A stretch of 63,989 nt of DNA, counting the filler, from Atractiella rhizophila (lineage: Eukaryota): assembly GCA_021432655.1 (NCBI GenBank). It is 5 parts of 5 records of this genome, joined end to end, with 100 filler letters (N's around TTAATTAATTAA, not from the genome) between each part and the next. Parts side by side here need not be neighbours in the genome. Positions count along the whole stretch, not along the records: positions 1 to 16,465 come from MU271901.1; positions 16,566 to 33,009 come from MU271902.1; 3 more parts are not named here. One strand, given 5' to 3'. The translations under genes and the position numbers were made by a program. Below the pieces are notes generated by a model. That model did no database searches, was not told where the DNA came from, and saw only the letters and a list, made by a program, of their open reading frames with translations. Shown in pieces: positions 13,283 through 25,448 of the stretch (its first letter is position 1; each line of letters begins with the position of its first letter).

Positions 13283-14300
13283 CAGTTGTCGTAGGTTAAG
13301 TAGGAGACTCCGTAGCTTCTTAACTAGGGGGAGAAGTAGGTGGAGGTAAGAAACGCGAACTGAGAGAGGGTCGGGGAGTTTGACTGAGCATCGATGGTGA
13401 GAGAAGGCGAGGGAGAGGCGGGGAAGTTAGTTAACGAGGGAGTCGAGAAGAAGCGAGTAGGCGGGGAAAAGGAGAGAAGCAGTAGGTAGGGAAGGGGGAC
13501 AAACCCTCTTCGCTAAGCTCACCGATTCAGACTTTTGGCGAGACCCCCGTAGCCTTCGTCCTTCTCTTTTTGCTCACCCAACAAAACCGAAACACTAACC
13601 CTTAAGCAAGCCATCGCCACCTACCTCTTTCCTCCCATGTCTCGGCTCATACCGCTTGACAAACGGTAGATACTGCTCGCTGCGACGGAAGCAGGAGAAG
13701 AAGGCGACAACATCAAAGCCACTACCTCCACCTACACCTCTAACCCTCTGCCCGCCGCAAACTAACACCCCTCCAACGCCAACTTCCCCTCCTCTACTTC
13801 CTCCCTCTCCGCTCACCCCATTCTCTCCCCTTCTGTCGCTGTGGGGACGATCCTACAGTTCTCCGCCTCTATATCTGGAACTACTTCGCAAGCACCCTCC
13901 CTATCCTCTTAGTCTACCACCCTGTCCACTCCTGAACCCAACACTACCAAAGACCACAACATCTCCTTCTCGGTTTCCTCCGCTGCTACCTCCACCCGTT
14001 TCTTGCGGAGTCAAAGAGGACAGTTAGGAAGCAGCAGCAGAACCAAACCCGGTAGCGACGGCTGTAGCAAACTTGAGCGATGTGGAGAGAGAGGCGAGCC
14101 AACCTTACGATGAGAGTGAGTTGCGGTATCTTAATGTGAGGGATTAACCTTTCCTTTTGAGCTGGCTGATGACACCCGTGTGGGAGCAGGATTTCATCGT
14201 GCAGGATGTGAGCGGAACACAGATGCGAATGCCAGACGGTAAGGAATTCTAGGTACAAGGGCATCGCACTACAGTAAAGCGACAGGAAGTGTTGTTGTAT
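13283..14300. other. Second mirror (reversed, uncomplemented) segment containing the 3' part of a Pro/Ser-rich gene with an acidic tail
   Basis: Read right-to-left without complementing, 14008 to 13283 is one 242-codon frame with a single TGA. It ends ...MSEEELREQLIEGAERERKRVVATSQFEGLGESQAQRMEVDEEGDQFFDASEDELDAVD. The forward text is TAG-rich (reversed GAT). Right boundary approximate. Confidence 0.8.
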
Positions 14301-14375
14301 TAATGAGGTGCACGGAATTGCATAATTTACAAAACCTTGGACTATACTTGGGCCATGCTGAACAGCATGAAACGT

Positions 14376-16465
14376 TCACCATCCCTCAAAGTTCCCAAAC
14401 CCTTTTGTCTTCTTCTTCTTTCTCTCATCGCCTCTTCCATCAGCATTCCCAACATCCCCCAAACCACTGAGTCCGCTTAGGAGCCCTTGCTCCTCAAGCT
14501 TCCTCTTCTTGACCACTTTCTCCCCTGCTTCCTTCTCCTCTTCAGGCTTCAACTTGACTCCGAACCAATTAACATCTGCTCCCTCCCCATCCCCCTTCTT
14601 CCCACTCTTCTCCGCCTCCAAATAGCCCCTCTTCCTCTCCCTCCTCCCCTTCCACTCTGCAAAGGCGTCCTTAAACACCTCCACCTCCACTAACCTTATA
14701 TCTCTCAACGGCTTCTCCCCATCACAACGCGCTTTCTCCATCCTATCCAGCGTCTCTTCTCCCCCAACCAACTTGCCGAAGACCGTGTGCTTGGAGTCCA
14801 GGTGAGGTGTCGCTTTGAAAGTGAGGAAGAATTGGCTGCCATTCGTGTTCGGGCCGGAGTTGGCCATGGATACCACACCCCGCGCGTCGTGTTTATAGGA
14901 CGAACGTTGTATTTCGTCCGCGAATCGTGTGCCCCAGATACTCTGCCCACCGCGTCCTGTACCCGTTGGATCCCCTCCTTGGATCTGGATCACACAGTCA
15001 GACGTCAGTTCTGTATTCAGGAAGATTAATTATGAGCGGCATGACCCAAAGCAGGTCGTCGTGAGGAGAATGCAGGCGCAGAAGAGAAAAGACGACGCGA
15101 AAAAAGATTAGGGAAGCGAGAACGAAGAGGATACTAACCATGAAACCGGGTATAAGCCTATGGAAGATCGTATTGTCATACTTTCCCTCTTCCGCCAGTC
15201 GCATGAAGTTATAACATGTGCGCGGTGCGCGATCCGAATGCAGCTGGAGAATAACGATCAGATCTCATTACGCACTGAACACAGAGCAGATGGACAAAGA
15301 ATGAACTCACCTCTAAATTGAGAGGACCCAAAGATGTGACGAGTCGTAGGTAAGACTTATCCTTTATCTGAGGAAACATAATCTCTTCCTAGTCCATGCA
15401 TACGCATAAGCATTTCTCAGATCCAAACGCTGGCGAAAGAGAGAAAGACGCACCTCTTCTAAATCCTCTCCCTCATTCTTGGTGACCACACTCGCCGCTG
15501 TGCTCGTCAAACTACTAGATACCAATCCCTTCGAGAAAGCAGACTGAGCCTTCTTCTCTTCTTTTTCTTTTACCTCCGGCTGTTGTTCTTGCGCTTTAAC
15601 AGGTTGCTTGCCCTTGTCCTTCGCCTTTGAAGATTGCGCTGTGGAGGCATCGGAAGCTGTCGTCTTGCCTGTCGCGCGAGCGACCGCCTTTGCGAGACCA
15701 GGGTTCGTGAGATTTATGGTGCCTTCTTCTTCGGCAGAGGACACTTTTAGGGCATTTTTGAGGTGGTGGAAGTTGGACAGGTCGCGGGTTTTGGTATCGT
15801 TTGGGTCCTGTACCCATCAATTCATATGGCATTTAGGCGAGGAGACTGGCGTATAGCGAACCTGGATTGTGACGATATCACTCTTGGAAATCTCTTCGTC
15901 AGTGATCAAATCCCTCCACCACCCCGCTTTGATATTCAATCTCTCGACCGTATCCTTCGAATACACATTCCCGCTCTTGAGCACGGCGACGATGGCGGAG
16001 TGATGTGTGAAGACCTTGAACGTCAGAGGGTCTATGTATTCCCCCTCTTCGTTCGTCGTGAAATTGAGAGGGAAGAGGTCGGACGAGGTGAGGGGTGAGC
16101 CTGTGACGGGGGAGATGTTGCCATACTGCCTATCATTTATTCAGCTATCTTTCTATCGAGATTGAATGAGGATACAGACCTCAAGAAAGGTATAATGTTG
16201 GCTACACACCAGCATGAGCTACTTCAAACGCAGTAAACGAGTAATCTCACAAACGTCGTAAACGATTCCCTCCCTCTCGCACACTGGATTCTCAAACGGC
16301 TTCAGCGAGAGCGCACAATGGTCGAAAGGCAGTCGAGCGAAGGAAGCTGGCCGTTGGGACGAGGACGATGAGGCATGGCCTGCTGAAGTGGCGGAATGGC
16401 CTCCAGCTGAGTGTTCAGAGTAGGTCACGTAGAGTTTGTCGGTTTTTTTCTGACCCTCTTTTCAG
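14376..16465 (-). CDS. PPIL2: Peptidyl-prolyl cis-trans isomerase-like 2 (U-box/RING + cyclophilin), 5' end truncated at contig edge
   Basis: N-terminal [10 protein letters not shown]...[19 protein letters not shown]; cyclophilin motifs [52 protein letters not shown]-terminus GFGNFEGW*. Confidence 0.93.
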
Positions 16466-16565
16466 NNNNNNNNNNNNNNNNNNNNNNNNNNNNNNNNNNN
16501 NNNNNNNNNTTAATTAATTAANNNNNNNNNNNNNNNNNNNNNNNNNNNNNNNNNNNNNNNNNNNN
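16466..16565. other. Artificial contig-joining spacer (44N-TTAATTAATTAA-44N)
   Basis: Six-frame stop linker, identical at four positions; genes are truncated at both sides. Confidence 0.98.
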
Positions 16566-16802
16566 AAGGCTGGCCTGAAGACGACGGACGACATCCTTTA
16601 CTATTACTGGAGCGAAAATCACCAAGCCGACCTCGACAAAGTCTTGGAAAGCAGAAAAGATGTGCTTCTTAAAGTGCTCAAACAGTTACCTGAGAAGGCG
16701 AAGAAGGGGAAGGAAGAAACATATGCGGGGAAAGCAGTCATTTTACATGAGGAGCAGGAAGTGGGAGACTTCAAAGTTTGGTTCACTCTCGTCCAAAATT
16801 GA
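16566..16802 (+). CDS. ILS1: C-terminal fragment of cytoplasmic isoleucyl-tRNA synthetase
   Basis: Frame from the contig start reads KAGLKTTDDILYYY...VILHEEQEVGDFKVWFTLVQN*, resembling the KKAGLxxTDD...EEQEV C-terminus of fungal IleRS. Confidence 0.72.
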   Translation, partial: KAGLKTTDDILYYYWSENHQADLDKVLESRKDVLLKVLKQLPEKAKKGKEETYAGKAVILHEEQEVGDFKVWFTLVQN

Positions 16803-16899
16803 ACCCAACCGACGTGAAAATGTTCTATTGACGATGAAAGGCTATTGAAAGAGCCAAAGACGTGTATATGTACAAGACTTGCAATCTTGACCTACCTAG

Positions 16900-19210
16900 A
16901 TTCATCTTGCTTGGTGTCGCTGGAGATAGTACAATAAGTTATTGTAAAGCTCTCGTGTTGTGAGTCCAAATGCAAATCATTGAGCCCTCAGCTGTTCCTC
17001 CGAAATCTCCACAGCGTCCAGCAATGTGCCAATAGTTTGCTGTCTCGAAAGGATTAGTTGAGTCGTTGCTACAGAAAAGTTTTGCTCCTTTAGAAGTCTT
17101 TGCATCCGTGGGGCTTGGTGGTCACGTGCTGCGGTATAAGTGGTTTGATTCCAACTTGAAGTTGGTCGAGTGTCTTTGGGACGCGAAGGTGAGTCCAGTT
17201 AATTTTAAGCTCCTCTCTTTTGAAGGCACAGTTGCTTTGTTCTCTATAAACTGCTTTTGTGAGGTTCTCGACTCCCTCTTGTTTGCGCCAGATCTCTGCA
17301 CAACCATCTTGACCTTGTCTCCATCTGTCATGCTGCTCTTTCTGATTCTTCAGAGGACATCCGTGCTCATTTTGAGGGTGTTTTCTTCTTCTCGCCCTTT
17401 TGCTTGGCTTGCTCTCTACTGCAGCTTGCTTGAAGACGGACTAGACTTGTCCCTTTCGCTCCATGCGTGTGCATGATCAACTCAGAAGACAGGAGAGGAA
17501 CGAGCGTTTCGAACAGAATACCCTCATAGGAGAAGTTGGTTATCCGAGAGAACAGCGTCCATCCCGGTTCTTCATTTATGCACTGAGTTTGAACTATCTC
17601 AGAGGCTACATTCCTTCGCGCATAACCAGTGTGCAATTCTTTACTCTTTGATGACAATACTTAGTCACGAAAACTACTTAGTCATGACAACCTGGACTCT
17701 CCATTGCTCCATCGTCTTTTTATGAAAGCGTCTGTCATAAAGCCCAATCGCATTCTGACCCAACCCGGCTGCAAAATACAACAGCCATGCGCACCTTACT
17801 GAATGCCCATTCGATGTACAGTTGGTCTGAATGATCGGTAATCTACATCACAACGTTTGTTCGATGGTTAGTAAGGAGAATGTGGTCCGTTCCATACCAT
17901 TTCGTGTATCTCAAAACCTCCTGCAGGGTATTTTTGAGACCGTTGGTGGATGGGACGCCATCGTGCCAATAGCCCTTGTAGACTCTCAAGCCGTCATAAG
18001 AAGGCATTCTGTCGGTTAGCTCGTCTATGTCTGCTTCGGTAAAGACAAGTATTTTCTATCTCTATATTAAGATCTTAACCTGTCAACAGCTGCTTTGAAA
18101 CAAAGGAATGTCTTGCCTCGATTCCTTGCAGTAAAATGTTTCGTTCCTTCTTTTCAGCCGTGGCAGAGTTTTCCACGATGCGGAATCAATGATCGACTCC
18201 CACTGAAGGTTTGGGTCAGATTATTTCACCGCAACGATTTAGATACCTGAGGTACCTTGGATGTCACGTATCCGAGATGCACTGACGATGCAGGCGGGGT
18301 CTGAGCGCTGGCCGAACGCTGTTGAGCCTTCGCGTAAAATGGACTTGAAAATCTGTCATCTCCTGCTGCATGTGCTCCTGCATAATGCTACCACATACCT
18401 GTTTGACGCAAGAGAGACGGCATTACTGCAATCCTTTGTATTTGCCCCCTGACCGATCTCTGAGATTTACTTCTTTCAGGTTGAAACACTCACATAATGT
18501 CAACCACATTCCTAGCCTCGTCAAAGGACGGGCGAGCGCAACGCACAGGAACCATCTGGAGCGCCATCGCAACATTTCCAAGACCAGGGGTAGAGTGCTT
18601 GGTGATACTCTTCTTGAACTGACAATAATCACATTCTTTCAAATTTCCTTTCAGATCCTAGGAGCGATCAGCAAAACGCCACCATTTGGTTCACTTGAAC
18701 ACGATACGTTCACATTTCAGCCGTGTTTTTGCTTCTTGTTTTACCCTTTGGAAGAATAATCTGTAAGTGACGCATCTTTCGCGACTTGTCCAGAGATCGA
18801 AGTCCAGAAATGGCTTGACTGTATTCAGAAGGAGGTTTAAAATCGATCCTATGAGACTCAAGTTGTTTCTCCGCGTATTCGGAAGACCAAACAAACTTGT
18901 GTGACATCTTGATGGGGAAGGCGAATGCTTGGGGCATGGACGGTCAGGCGACCTGGTATTTATACCTTCGCTAAGTTTCCACCTGCCTCTACTCCTTTTG
19001 TCGCAAAACAGAAGCTGTCCTTGTTCCTACGTTTGGACTTTTTTTTGAGTTGAAGCTTGCTTTGTTCCAAACCCTAGACCTGATTGCACAAGTGGTCCTT
19101 ATTCGGCTTTGTCTCCTCGCGTATCTCGCCTTGTTTCCATGGTTTTGAGAATTTTCACCCTTTCTCGTTCCTCCATCTACTAACACGCACAGTGTCTTTT
19201 GTCTTCATTT
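16900..19210 (-). pseudogene. Degenerate gene with nuclease-fold-like segment, divergent from kinase gene 1
   Basis: Minus frame about 18007-17700 reads MPSYDGLRVYKGYWHDG...LQEVLRYTKWYGTDHILLTNHRTNVVM*I...VRMAVVFC with in-frame stops. Paralogue at 30540-30945. Outer limits approximate. Confidence 0.5.
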
Positions 19211-19368
19211 TCTGATTTGTCTCCTTACTCCCTCGCCACAGCTTGTTTAAACAAGGTAAAGAAAACTGCCTTCTTGTTGCCCACACATCCATGAGAGCCG
19301 ACCCCTTTCAATTCACAATGTTCCTGCATCTCTATCTAACAATTTCCTCAAAGGAACGCAAGCGAAAG

Positions 19369-21499
19369 ATGCGCAATTTACGCCTTCGATCATTTGTCAA
19401 ACCGGACCCTTCGGTGCAGCAGATGAGGTCCCCTGCACTGCGTCTCAACTCAACAGCAATCCAATCGGGCGAAAGAGATAATTCTCTGCTGAATGTATGG
19501 TATAGAATTAAAAAAGAAGATTTCAATCATCCGTCTCTCGACACTGGAAGGCTTTTCCAGGTCACGTACAAGGATCACCTCAAAGGAGAACTAGAGGCTC
19601 TGCGGCGCTTTGATTTCGTGCCATTTCATGAGCAGATTCTGGTGACAGGATTGATGTAAGCTTTATCTCTTACTTTTGAATCGCGGTTTTAGAGCCCCTC
19701 AATTTTCGGTGTAGCGATGCTTCGCACAGGTTGGCCTCATTCACAGACGACCTGCGCCATCTTCTCTCGTACTTTCATCCTTCTCAATGCTTAGAACCTG
19801 TTCAAATTCAGTGTACATCCACGTTCACGGCCAGAACCCCTGCCTGTGGTTCTCCTGAGCTAGAGATTGTGCGGATCCTTCATGAAGATAGATGTTTGAT
19901 GACAATCTTGCTTCTGGTGTGCCATTGTTTCACTTCTGTTCGCAAACGGCTGACTCGCCACCTAATGGTAGCCGTATGGAGTGCTTTGTGATCAAGATTG
20001 GGAAGAGTTTGACAAGACAGATTTCGACAACTTGGGCAACACCGTTTCAGGACAATACCTGGAGGTTCTTGCAGGTATAATGGCTTCAGAGCCATTAAAG
20101 TCGACGGCAGTTCTTTGCGACATGCAATCATCTGTGACACTCCGCCTAAACTACACAATAGCTTATTCTTTTCATTCGCAGGAGCCTTATCTGCCTCTCA
20201 TGGCCTTGCTTTGTGAGATTTGTGCCAAATCGGGTTCCGGACAGTATTCCTGCCGCACTGGACAGCCTCTTTTCCCGGACATAGCTGTTGCGGGATGTCG
20301 AAGAGATCCTTCAGCTGGATTGCAACTTGATTTGACGGCCATCTCTACATCTTCCGAATTCGACTTATTCGATGTTCAGACTGCCGGCTATACTTTCCAG
20401 CGAGCCATTATAAGGTGGCATGAGGAGCGCTTGCACAAAGGGAAGTTATGGCTGGATAATTTAGAAGTACCTGGAGCAAGTCTGACGGTCGTGTCTGTTC
20501 TCGAGTCAACAAACCTCAGGTCCACTGAACCTCTGCTCATTCTCAGTACCTCCGATCCTCTTGTACTTTTCCGACAGAACATCATGCTTCATGCCATGTC
20601 CAAGCAACGATCTTCCCTGCCCGCCATTGATCTCAAAGTCGGTGAATCTATTCAGCTGCTCCGTTCTCTCAGGTCGGGGCAACAACTGTGGGGACAGGTT
20701 TACGAAGTGACAATCCCTGGCAGAGAACTCAGCGGTACCCGTCTTGTCCTGAAGATTTATGAAGAGCGGTTGTACCCCTTTCCAGCCTGGAACGGGCCAG
20801 AGGAGGAAGGTTCGAAGCGCATTCGGCGCTGGCCTGATGCGAAGGATTGTTTAGCACGGGAGCAATCTGCTTACTGTTCATTACACTTACTCCAAGGGTC
20901 AGCTATACCGAGGTCTTACGGTTTCTACGAGGTGAGTTTTGTGGTTGCATCACATCAGAACTGAAAGAGAGACTAGGTACGGCTGTCGGATGGAACATTC
21001 GTCCCCGCACACTTGCTAGAGTTCGTGGAAGGTCCTCATATCGACAAAGCAGGTCTGCAATCATTTTCAGCTGAAGATCAGCAAGCATTTGTGAGTAGCT
21101 CCTCATCTATCCCCTTCCTATCCGCTGATTTTGGTAGTACATCAACGCGATGACGATGATTGGTGCCGTGTTGCTTCTAGGTGTGAATCACACCGACATT
21201 GATCAGCGACCAGACAAATCATCTGCCATAGCGATGGATCGGGAGTGCCCAATCCTGTTCTTCTGGATTTTGGAATGTCGAACTGTGGCATTTTCATGGA
21301 CGACAGCGCTTTAAACTCAAAGGATCTCGCATGGGATCTTGAAGTCCTGGGCACTCCAGATTCGTTGCACATGACCTGGGGATTGTGCCACTACTTGGGA
21401 TGGAGAAGTATCCGTGCGCATCCTGAAGGAGTTTCGACTTATGTTTGGGAGTGGATGAAGACCGTCAACTTTGGTCCATTTGAGGTGAAGTGGGATTGA
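19369..21499 (+). pseudogene. Lineage-specific protein with C-terminal atypical protein kinase-like domain (copy 1), frameshifted
   Basis: GQQLWGQVY, LVLKIY, REQSAY..L..LQGSAIPRSYGFY, LLEFVEG, HTDI, VLLDFG. A 1-nt deletion near 21215 (ccagacaaatc vs ccagatcaaatc in copy 2) puts DFG out of frame with HxD. Confidence 0.75.
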
Positions 21500-21671
21500 T
21501 ATCATTCTTGACTGCAATGTCTGGACATACACCTTTTAATAATGATGAGTAGACTACACAATCACACTCCCTGATGCTACATTCTTTGACAGTGCCTTCG
21601 GACAGTGGCTCCCCTATCCATCTAATCGCTCATTCAATATTCGCTCTCTTCACATTGCTAGGCGACATTCA

Positions 21672-22170
21672 GTCCCTTGAGCATTGATAACCATTTAATA
21701 GACATCCGAATCTTTCGTGCGATCTACACATATCGACCGATGGAAGGGACGTAGTTAGGATTCTGAGTCCGGTTATGCAGTGGACTAACTATTAAAATGC
21801 AATGCATGATAGATATCTACTTGGAATGCAAAACCATGCGACGGTGCAATTTTTTGCAACATTAACGCTCCGTATTGATGTCATCTTTCCTTTCCCCGGC
21901 GCTTGCCGCCTCCTCAACAATCTTTTGCATCCATTTCTCTTAGTTCCGAAGAATGGTCAAGTCAAAAACGTACCTCGGCCAATTTCCCGACGCCAAGTCT
22001 CACGCTAAATCGATCTCTTCTCTCGGATTCCAATAGTCTAGGAGAAGAAAACACCACCATTGAATATTGAACGATGAGGATGATGCATAGGTGATACACT
22101 CCACATGCATCATAACTATTTATCAATTCATCTCATCCAACAAGCCTGAGGGGAAATAAAAAGAAATTGG
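21672..22170 (-). pseudogene. Diverged duplicate of the PIG-A 3' end (last exons + 3' UTR; matches 26996-27513)
   Basis: Colinear similarity (e.g. aaatgcaatgcatgatagatatctacttggaatgcaaaac in both) with indels disrupting the coding part. Confidence 0.85.
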
Positions 22171-23599
22171 CAGTCCCAACGTTGTCTTGCGCTCCTGAAA
22201 GATATTTTCGCTCCATCATCAGTACAGCCAGCAGATCGCAAGCGTGCCGCACATTGACGGGGCAGTCGAGCAGAAGGTACTTTCAATTGAGAAAGCATCT
22301 ATGGAATAATGAAGCACGCATTTGCTGAGAGAGTTCTGTGTGTCAGGTTGAGGCTTAAGCAACTGGCCTCAACTGAGGATGCAGGCCGACAAAGTCCATT
22401 CGACAGCCCATACTGCTGGTTCCATAATCTGCTTGCTTGATTGTGACGAAGAGGAGCTCTCATATCTCGATCTCGAATACAAACGGCTCCCACAAGACGA
22501 TTTAGTCATCGGGTAACCAGGAGAAAGTAGTCATAGCCCCGTGCTGGAAGTTGCCTAACCAACACCAAGTGCCCCAACCTAGCTTCTCGTTGTGAGAGCA
22601 TCATGAAGGAGCGAAGACAAGTGCGCAAGCGGTCCATAAACAGTTAGTTGGCATACTGCATCGAGTGGACCTAGAACTTCTTCCCCTTACTCCAAATGAC
22701 TGAGTGTACGAGCCTGCAACAACAGTTGATGGTGAGAAGACGATTAAGCTGAGTGAAAAGGAGACGGACATACTATGAGCTTAGGAACATGTAATGACCA
22801 AACGACGCCAGAATAAAACTTCAAGTTTTGCCTCCATCCACCGAACAGTAACCTAGCTCTCAGTGATCCCATCAACATATCAATCCGTCGCCGCAGGTTT
22901 CTTGGTACGCTACCGGTGCGTGGTATCGACTCGGCTCGTAACAGAATTGGTAGGTCTGTTAAGAAAAACAGTCCTCGGGTGAGCTACGTCGTGTTCAGAG
23001 GCACTTTGACGTGGTGGCTACACTTCATCCTCCTCCTCGGAACATCTGAGTACCAGCCTGATACACTTTCTCTTATCATCTTGTTCGCAGACACGATCTC
23101 CTCCCCGGTCCACTCTCTAAAGAAATAAACGAACCTTAAGACCATCACACGTCCTCATTCCATTCAGCCCTTCTCAACTCCTCTCCTCGCCAATCCCCAA
23201 AGAGCCTGCAAATAAAGTCTGGGAAGTCGGACGAATCCACCATGCAGTACTGGGGCGATATCCTACATATCGTCGTTACATTTTTGAGGTTCCGAAGGGC
23301 GAGGAATGAGGTTCGACGTTTCTTTCACCGCCGTCGAGGGGTCAGAGGTGAGGCCGGCGAGGAGTGTGAGGCGCAACAGGTCGAGCGCAGTGAGTTCGTT
23401 CTATCAGAGAAGGGGTAACCCCTGGAAAAAAGCGATGTTACGGAATAGGGTTCCGTTGGTGGTCATGGTGTTAGGACACGATGGGCTTATGGGTTGGTGT
23501 TTGCGTGGTGTTAGGATAGTGTTGAGGGAAATGTCGAATCGGGATCGAATCCTCAATATTGAATCGAGAAACAGATACGAACATAAAAGCTTCTTGCTG

Positions 23600-24745
23600 A
23601 AAATTATCTCCCAAGTACGTCAGAGGTCCGACCCCTCCGCATCCGACCACCATATCCAAAACGACAAAGTCGACAATTTCGCTCCTCAAGTTCACGATCG
23701 ACGCGTCAAACTCTCCCACAGACTCAGATACCTATCAACTAAATTGGGATGACAGCGCCGTTCGAAACAAGCTCCTTTGCATGTTTCGCATCTGCTGGCC
23801 TCATCGACGTGACTTTGTGCACGCGTCAATTTCGTCGAAACGCGATATTTTGACACCAAATTTGGATATGATTCCCTTTGGGTGGCTATACACGGGATAA
23901 GGTGGGTCTGAATCGACGTGATGGTTACACCAAATCAGAAAAGTTTGTCTGTTTTCAGAGTGATTGGACTTTAGAAGGGGATGCTACTGGAAAACCAATA
24001 ATACCTTGGTTCGTCTTGCCGCCTGCAAAGGTACGCGGCTGCTCCTTAACCAGTCAGACGCATTCTGATCCCCGTTTGCTGTTTAACCCAGCAATTTGCC
24101 CTGTCAAGCCTTCTTATCCGAATGAGTCGACGTATTGTGACTTGTAAGTGTTTCATTTCCTTCCTCGTACATCCTCAAACTGATCTCCTTGTACTAGGGC
24201 CACGCAAGGTATGTGGTTTCCCCCGCTTTCTATCCTGTTTTCTCTTCTCTCTTTTCAGTCAGTAGAGCTAATAGTTTGTTTGGGTCCGTAGGTCCCCGTC
24301 TTTCCTCATCTCCAGCATTCAAGCACTGTGGCTGATTGCTCCCTTTCGCCTCGATTTGTCTTATAGGGGCTGCATCGCAAGGAACTCGCCGAAGGAAGGA
24401 ACGATTAGAAGCCACCTCGCCACTTGGCGTCCTCTCCCGCCCTTCCCTCTTCCTTCTCCCACCTCTCCCATCGACCACTTCTCGCTGCAACGCGGTCGTC
24501 CTTGTTATCCTACACCTTCTCCAAGTTCGCTATACTGAAATCCAGCTTTTACCCGGCGAGACTTGCTTCAAGCCATCGATGAGCCTTCAAAGCGACTCGT
24601 CTATTCGACTTTTGCCAAGTTTTTTGGTGTCGGTGAGGGGAGGATTGGAAGCAGTGGAACCTGGAGAAGAGCTTGGGTTGTCCTTACCAATAACGAGGGG
24701 TGGGAGAGGAATGGGGAGGCAGTGAGATATAAGAATATGCAGTAA
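23600..24745 (+). CDS. Hypothetical multi-exon gene, possibly degenerate
   Basis: GTAAGT..CTGAT..TAG and GTATGT-type intron signals at about 24145-24365; terminal exon LLQAIDEPSKRLVYSTFAKFFGVG...RYKNMQ*. Start unclear. Confidence 0.35.
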
Positions 24746-25448
24746 TACGATTACTTTCAAAATAATAACACTATTTGACCCAAAAGCAAACGCTACCTAA
24801 AGAAATTCCAAACCTAGAGAACGGTAAATGGACGAAAGCGGAACGAAACAAGAACACCATAAATACCCTATCCAAAGACCATTGAACGAAATAGGGTACA
24901 CTATCCTAACACTACTTTACCACTATCCAACGTAATTTATAAGCTCAAGTAGCGCCGATTTGACGTTGTTGGATGGTGTTCGAGTGGTGTTACGGTTATT
25001 TTGGCCAAGATTTAAGCCACTCGAGCCGCGACCCCTAAGTCAACACTACGAGGCCGCTAACTAAAGGAAGTGCGTTATTTCAGGGGATTGTTCCAGAAGA
25101 GAAGGCTGACTGGTGGAAGTGATGCATCGATGGTGATGATGAACCACGACCTACAAACCGTTTTGCCTACTGCCAACCTGCAACCAACCAGCTTCTTCCA
25201 CAGCAAGCAACGTGAAAGCTTGAGCTCTTATCCAACACCAATTTCCCCGGCATCCAACAGTGACTACCGAACTCGAAACGCCATCCAACACTCTTTCATC
25301 TTCCTTCATCACACACGAAGTTTGAACCGACTCCGCCACCGGCACGGCACCTTACATCCATTTCTGACGCGAAACAAGCCTCCCACCGTCCATGATGACA
25401 GGGGTTGATAACACGCTACGCCGACGTAGGTTTTAGCACTGTGCATTC

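Noticed and set aside
12368..13349. 308-aa ORFs in the track
   Set aside because: Made almost entirely of N-gap codons.
22490..23540. Possible mirror segment or degenerate gene
   Set aside because: Forward and reversed readings both give splice-like sites and broken frames; not decidable by eye.
24750..25080. CTA/TAG-rich stretch that might be reversed (similar stretch at about 26640-26870)
   Set aside because: Compositional impression only; compatible with ordinary intergenic DNA.
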